DNA of 64,000 nt from Nemertoderma westbladi (Eukaryota; Animalia; Xenacoelomorpha): positions 99,515-163,514 of the forward strand of contig JAUCBJ010006887.1 of the NCBI GenBank assembly GCA_032718475.1, written 5' to 3'. Numbering within the stretch: position 1 is the stretch's first letter; the number at the start of each line of letters is the position of its first letter. The notes under the pieces were generated by a model. The model was not told the origin of the DNA and did no database searches. It saw only the letters and a program-made list of their open reading frames with translations. Both the position numbers and the translations under genes were made by a program. Below are positions 57,633-64,000 of this stretch, in pieces.

Positions 57633-57964
57633 ACATCGGTACTAGAGTACAGGATGTGTACAGCAGTACAAAGCAAGTCTTTGGCCGATTAGTCTAAGTC
57701 GTTAATCTATTATTACATTATTATTATAGTGTTATAGGCCTAGAGCCTGTAGATGTAGTGTAGATTAGAGGTCCTACTGCTACAGTGCTATATCATATGA
57801 TTAGATAATGGCTGTCAGTCATTTGTCGTCGAATTCTTCCTCAGATATTAGTATTCTAGAAGCCACTTCAATTTCATCTAACGAAGGGCCACATTTCGTT
57901 GTTAAACCTTTTAAAAAATGAAACCGATTCATTTTCTTTACTTAGCGATGGAACTCAATATTCA

Positions 57965-60268
57965 ATGAATTCTTTGGGACTAATTTCATTGTTAGAAACC
58001 GTTAAAAAGGAAAACGAAACTTTAAAGGCCGAAATTATTCGAACGAATGAGTTGGTAAATAGTAAAGTTTCCGACATTTTAGCGTTCAGAGAGAAGACTA
58101 TTCGGCAGAATGAAAGCGATAAACTGAAGCGAAATAATACCGAAGAAAAGGTTAAAAACCTCCAGCAACTAAACAGTGTTTTGGAAAATGAAGTTGGCGA
58201 TCTGAAAGCAACTTTACGAGACCTTGAGTTGGAAAAACAGTGTCGATCTTCGACTACGGGATCGGAACAAGTTACTCCTGTTGTTACTGCCGGTAGCGGT
58301 AAGTCAGAACTCAATAAACTTCGCAGGGAGTTCAACATTGTCAGAGATAAGTATGAGAGTGTTGTTGCAGAGAAAGAAGAGTTAGTTGCTATGAATAATA
58401 ATTTGACCGTGGAAACCGTGGCGTTTCGCAAGCAACTCAAAGATCTACAGTCACTAACTTACATCGATGACGATTCCAGTTTCATGGTGGTTGCCGAGCA
58501 ACCTGACGAGAACGAAGACACCGTGGGTAACGGCATTGCTGCCTTAATAGTTCAGTTACAGAGCCAACAGAGGTCGATTAATGATGAGCGAAATCAAATA
58601 GACGCAGAGAGAAGAGAATTCAATAAGATTAAACGAGAATTATTGAGCAAACAGGGAAGGGATGCCAAGAGGTTTCGTTCCCTGAGTCCAGTAGCGGCGT
58701 CTGCGACGTCGTCTATGGAGGTCAACGTCAACAACAGCACCGCTAACGATGTGTTTGACGACATCGACAGCCCCACTACCAACGCGGGTGAATCTATATT
58801 CGATGACGATTCTCATCTTCTCGCTAAACAGATTAATGAACTGAATAACAAACTAGTTGCGTCTGTAAAAGATAATGATGATTATAAGAAGAAGATAACC
58901 GAGAAGGAGGAATTAATAAAGGGGCAAGACATTGTTATTGGCGAGTTAAAAGACGCAATAGACGCTTTGAATTCTTCTATTGGGGAAAATGCCGAGCCCA
59001 GCAACCTGACTCTTATGATCTCAGAAAAGGATAAAGAGATAGAAGCACTCAAGGTCGCTGTCCTCGAGACCCAGAAAGAAGCGAAACTCTACGAGAATAA
59101 ATGCTCGTCTTATATTATAGAAAGCCACGCGAAAGATAAGCAGATTGAGAAGCTGAGCAATAAACTAAGTGAAGTCGCCGAAGAGAACGAACACAACAAA
59201 CATTTGTTGCAGCAGGTTGAGACGGAGTTGGAGTTAAGTCGTAAAGACCCCGCGGTGGAAAATACATTGCGGTTGAAAAACGCGGCGGTTGAGATGCTGG
59301 AGAAAGAGGTAGCGGGCGCGCAGACAGACTACAAGCGGTTGCTAAGTAGGTACGAGGTCACCCACAATGACCTCGTAAAATACCAGAAGAAATCCGCCGA
59401 ACAAAACTTCGAGTTGGATGAAACTAAAGAGAAGCTCGAGTTGCAGAAACAAGCGATGAAAGAGAACGTCAAGAAATTTAATGGTCGACTGCAAGACGAA
59501 GAGAAAGAGAAGGAATTACTTATACAGCGAATTCAAGAGAATGATAATAAGTACCGGGTTCTGTTTGAGGAGTATAATAGGTTGAACGGGGCAGTCGACG
59601 ACATCGATAAGGATAGGATTAATCTGCAACAGCAGAACGAGAGGTTGGTCCAGGAGAGGGGGAAATTACACATGCAGTTGGAGAGATCCATAGAGATTAA
59701 TAAGAAGAAGGCGGATGATATTGAGAAGATGACAAAGATTATGAAGGAGGCTAAGGATGAGGCGGAAAACACTGCGTTGTATAAAGCGCAGGCCGAGATC
59801 TATAAATCGGACTTCGAGGCAGAACGTAGAAGTAGGGAGGAAGCCCATGGCGACAGGAATAGGTTGGGTTCGGAGTTAGAGAAGGCGAGGATCGATCTAG
59901 CCGAGTTGGCGGAGAAGTACAACGACCTACAGCTGGAAGGGATGAGGCGGAGTCACGCGGTTGGGCGTGGGGGGGAGTGGGGAGCTGGTGGGGACAGGGG
60001 AGCTGGTGGGGGGGAGAGGGGAGCGGCTGGCGGTGAACGGGGTACCGGCTGGTGGCCCTGGGGTAGGAACGTCACGGTCCCGGACGTGGCAGCTGGTCGC
60101 CAGTCGCCCCAGCGGCTAGGCCAAGCTGCAGCCCCCGCTCACCCATTCGCTCCCAATGACCCACCGGTTAATGAACGCGCAGTCGCTCGCTCCTGCCCCA
60201 CCTGTAATAAAATTTACCAAGATTTGGACGAACTGCAAATGCACGCGATGGCCTGTACCGATAATTAA
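57965..60268 (+). CDS. OPTN: Optineurin/NEMO-family ubiquitin-binding adaptor (767 aa from the first in-frame ATG; true N-terminus uncertain)
   Basis: Coiled coils, LIR-like DDDSSFMVV, UBAN signature LYKAQAEIYKSDFEAERRSRE, and a C-terminal CCHC finger CPTCNKIYQDLDELQMHAMAC. The LIR-like motif favours OPTN over NEMO. Confidence 0.75.
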   Translation: MNSLGLISLLETVKKENETLKAEIIRTNELVNSKVSDILAFREKTIRQNESDKLKRNNTEEKVKNLQQLNSVLENEVGDLKATLRDLELEKQCRSSTTGSEQVTPVVTAGSGKSELNKLRREFNIVRDKYESVVAEKEELVAMNNNLTVETVAFRKQLKDLQSLTYIDDDSSFMVVAEQPDENEDTVGNGIAALIVQLQSQQRSINDERNQIDAERREFNKIKRELLSKQGRDAKRFRSLSPVAASATSSMEVNVNNSTANDVFDDIDSPTTNAGESIFDDDSHLLAKQINELNNKLVASVKDNDDYKKKITEKEELIKGQDIVIGELKDAIDALNSSIGENAEPSNLTLMISEKDKEIEALKVAVLETQKEAKLYENKCSSYIIESHAKDKQIEKLSNKLSEVAEENEHNKHLLQQVETELELSRKDPAVENTLRLKNAAVEMLEKEVAGAQTDYKRLLSRYEVTHNDLVKYQKKSAEQNFELDETKEKLELQKQAMKENVKKFNGRLQDEEKEKELLIQRIQENDNKYRVLFEEYNRLNGAVDDIDKDRINLQQQNERLVQERGKLHMQLERSIEINKKKADDIEKMTKIMKEAKDEAENTALYKAQAEIYKSDFEAERRSREEAHGDRNRLGSELEKARIDLAELAEKYNDLQLEGMRRSHAVGRGGEWGAGGDRGAGGGERGAAGGERGTGWWPWGRNVTVPDVAAGRQSPQRLGQAAAPAHPFAPNDPPVNERAVARSCPTCNKIYQDLDELQMHAMACTDN

Positions 60269-61594
60269 TGGTTTATTTAATATATATACTTTATAATAAT
60301 TTGAATACCGAATTATTTATACCAGTAATACTATTTGCTTTTACCGGTACGATATTTATGATTTATTTTTTATGTTATCCACCACCACTTTAATATTCTT
60401 GAGCCTCTTATATTATTTTAATTTAACTTACGATTTTCCAGAAATATAATTGCAATTAATTTGAATTAATTCCTGAACTCATAATTTCGGCTTCTAAATA
60501 AAATTTGTCTCATTGTGACAATAAAGTCATACTCAAATTTTACTTGGCATTATTTATAAAATTCCCTGAAATAGTTGTTACCGGGTCATTATTATTATGA
60601 ATAAATGAATAGGTAATTTATAATATCCTGGGCACAGTGGCCCACCAACCACAATTGGCTTATAAGACATCAAATATAAACTTAAGTAAACATTAAAACC
60701 CATTAATACAAATTAACATCACTATAATCATATAAAAGTCTAATTAAATTCTTCCATTAATTTATTATTTACTATATTAATTATTGACTGAAGACTATTT
60801 TATAATCTATATCCGCACTGAGACATACAAACAATTTATTTAGAAGATTCACTGAAGTTATTGTTTAAATAATTGATTACTAAACAAAACATTTTTGATT
60901 TTTTCTAATAGAAAACGATTATTTATAAAGAAAGTGTGATGATAATATAAATAAATATTTAATATTGTATTGAAATTAGTATATAGGATTGGGAAAACAT
61001 ACTACGGTATTTGTTTGTTTAATTTAATTATAATCTTAGTGTAAATATCTTAATTGAATTTAAATACTTAACATGTACTGGTCAAGCCAAACTATTCATA
61101 AAATCAAACTTGTTCACTAACTATTTGGCGCATTACATTGCACAGTTTTCAAAGTATGAAGGAAATTGTAAGACAATATTATTTTTTATTTAAATTGGTT
61201 TAACCGCCACATTACCACCGTATCTCCTCATGGCTACTTCGCGTTGTTTCTCGCCCATCTAACAGTTTAAAAGGAAATATCAAATAATTGATGTAATCAC
61301 ATCCCAACCGCATTTAATCCTTTGTTATACCGAATTTATCTGATTTACTAAGTAATTAATTGTCAAGTTTCTGTCGTTACTATATAGTTAGGCCCTACTA
61401 GCATACAGGTTATCAAGGCGGATCGGTGTATGGACGTAATTTTCACTAAAAAAATTATCTACTTCTCACTGTGGTTGATAATTTCAGTTAATGATGTTAG
61501 GTCGGCATATGTAATATACAAAGTATATATGGAAGTATCAAAACAAACAGTCGGCCGAATCCATGGGAGACCAAAAGGCTCCTCTTTTCGATAG

Positions 61595-64000
61595 CTGCTA
61601 CCCGAAGGTAGGGGTGGGCGCTACTCCTGCTACTCCTATCTTCTGTCCGAAGGTAGGGGTGGGCGCTACTTTGCTACCCGAAGGTATGGGTGGGCGCTAC
61701 TCCTATCTGCTACCCGAAGGTAGGGGTGGGCGCTACTGTGCTACCCGAAGGTATGGGTGGGCGCTACTCCTATCTGCTACCCGAAGGTAGGGGTGGGTGC
61801 TACTGTGCTACCCGAAGGTATGGGTGGGCGCTACTCCTATCTGCTACCCGAAGGTAGGGGTGGGCGCTACTGTGCTACCCGAAGGTATGGGTGGGCGCTA
61901 CTCCTATCTGCTACCAGAAGGTAGGGGTGGGCGCTACTGTGCTACCCGAAGGTATGGGTGGGCGCTACTGTGCTACCCGAAGGTAGGGGTGGGCGCTACT
62001 GTGCTACCCGAAGGTATGGGTGGGCGCTACTGTGCTACCCGAAGGTATGGGTGGGCGCTACTCCTATCTGCTACCCGAAGGTAGGGGTGGGTGCTACTGT
62101 GCTACCCGAAGGTATGGGTGGGCGCTACTCCTATCTGCTACCCGAAGGTAGGGGTGGGCGCTACTGTGCTACCCGAAGGTATGGGTGGGCGCTACTCCTA
62201 TCTGCTACCCGAAGGTAGGGGTGGGCGCTACTGTGCTACCCGAAGGTATGTGTGGGCGCTACTGTGCTACCCGAAGGTAGGGGTGGGCGCTACTGTGCTA
62301 CCCGAAGGTAGGGGTGGGCGCTACTGTGCTACCCGAAGGTAGGGGTGGGCGCTACTGTGCTACCCGAAGGTAGGGGTGGGCGCTACTGTGCTACCCGAAG
62401 GTATGGGTGGGCGCTACTGTGCTACCCGAAGGTATGGGTGGGCGCTACTCCTATCTGCTACCCGAAGGTAGGGGTGGGCGCTACTGTGCTACCCGAAGGT
62501 ATGGGTGGGCGCTACTCCTATCTGCTACCCGAAGGTAGGGGTGGGCGCTACTGTGCTACCCGAAGGTATGGGTGGGCGCTACTCCTATCAGCTACTCGAA
62601 GGTAGGGGTGGGCGCTACTCCTATCTGCTACCCGAAGGTAGGGGTGGGCGCTACTGTGCTACCCGAAGGTAGGGGTGGGCGCTACTGTGCTACCCGAAGG
62701 TAGGGGTGGGCGCTACTGTGCTACCCGAAGGTATGGGTGGGCGCTACTCCTATCTGCTACCAAAAGATAGGGGTGGGCGCTACCGTGCTACCCGAAGCTA
62801 TGGGTGGGCGCTACTCCTATCTGCTACCCGAAGGTAGGGGTGGGCGCTACTCCTATCTTCTGTCCGAAGGTAGGGGTGGGCGCTACTCCTATCTGCTACC
62901 AAAAGATAGGGGTGGGCGCTACCGTGCTACCCGAAGCTATGGGTGGGCGCTACTCCTATCTGCTACCCGAAGGTAGGGGTGGGCGCTACTCCTATCTTCT
63001 GTCCGAAGGTAGGGGTGGGCGCTACTCCTATCTGCTTCCCGAAGGTAGGGGTGGGCGCTACTCCTATCTGCTACCCGAAGGTAGGGGTGGGTTGCAACTC
63101 CTATCTGTAACCCGAAGGTAGGGGTGGGCGCTTCTCTTATCTGCTACCCGAAGGTAGAGGTGGGCGCTACTCCTATCTGCTACCCGAAGGTAGGGGTGGG
63201 CGCTACTCCTATCTTCTGTCCGAAGGTAGGGGTAGGCGCTACTCCTATCTGCTTCCCGAAGGTAGGGGTGGGCGCTACTCCTATCTGCTACCCGAAGGTA
63301 GGGGTGGGTGCAACTCCTATCTGTAACCCGAAGGTAGGGGTGGGCGCTACTCCTATCTGCTACCCGAAGGTAGGGGTGGGCGCTACTCCTATCTGCTACC
63401 CCAAGGTAGGGGTGGGCGCTACTCCTATCTACCCGAAGGTAGGGGTGGGCGCTACTCCTATCTGCAACCCGTAGGTAGGGGTGGGCGCTACTCCTATCTG
63501 CTACCCGAAGGTAAGGGTGGGCGCTTCTCTTATCTGCTACCCGAAGGTAGAGGTGGGCGCTACTCCTATCTGCTACCCGAAGGTAGGGGTGGGCGCTACT
63601 CCTATCTGCTACCCGAAGGTAGGGGTGGGCGCTACTCCTATCTGCTACCCGAAGGTATGGATGGGCGCTAAACCTATCTGCTTCCCGAAGGTAGGGGTGG
63701 GCGCTACTCCTATCTGCTACCCGAAGGTATGGATGGGCGCTAAACCTATCTGCTTCCCGAAGGTAGGGGTGGGCGCTACTCCTATCTGCTACCCGAAGGT
63801 AGGGGTGGGCGCTACTCCTATCTGCTTCCCGTAGGTAGGGGTGGGCGCTACTCCTATCTGCTACCCGAAGGTAGGGTGGGCGCTACTCTATCTGCTACCC
63901 GAAGGTATGGATGGGCGCTAAACCTATCTGCTTCCCGAAGGTAGGGGTGGGCGCTACTCCTATCTGCTACACGAAGGTATGGATGGGCGCTAAACCTATC
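61595..64000. repeat. G-rich minisatellite of 31-bp and 36-bp units (GCTACCCGAAGGTA(G/T)GGGTGGGCGCTACT[GT|CCTATCT]), running off the window
   Basis: Directly visible; the 36-bp unit gives the 12-aa GATPICYPKVGV periodic ORFs. Confidence 0.97.

Noticed and set aside
61563-63834. Series of GATPICYPKVGV / LPEGRGGRY ORFs
   Set aside because: Minisatellite translations, with frames scrambled by the 31-bp units.

Overview
AT-rich, repeat-dense, intron-poor animal (invertebrate-like) nuclear DNA; there is no prokaryotic content and no CRISPR. Left end: a nearly intact BEL/Pao LTR retrotransposon on the minus strand. Its two long ORFs (8458-6014 and 5893-422) are in the same frame and separated by a single TGA that sits in a hairpin loop. 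Seven host genes are supported: an intronless sulfotransferase, an intronless LRMP/IRAG2 (KASH5-related) gene lacking the terminal PPPx, a 4-exon PTGES2, intronless LRGUK and CCDC171-like genes, a 2-exon MCCC1, and an optineurin/NEMO-family gene. LRGUK and CCDC171-like form a divergent pair nested in the 12.3-kb third intron of PTGES2, with an RFX X-box between them. The optineurin/NEMO gene has an upstream ORF that would join it through a +1 shift at TTT-AAA-AAA-TGA. Intergenic DNA holds RTE-like LINE fragments, a Gypsy pol relic, a CORE-type SINE, many MITEs (some nested) and four tandem arrays (12, 22, ~60 and 31/36 bp units); the last array derives from a SINE segment. The palindrome TAGGCCTA recurs upstream of every host gene or shared promoter, often with TACCGGTA. 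All family assignments come from motif recognition by eye; no database search was run.
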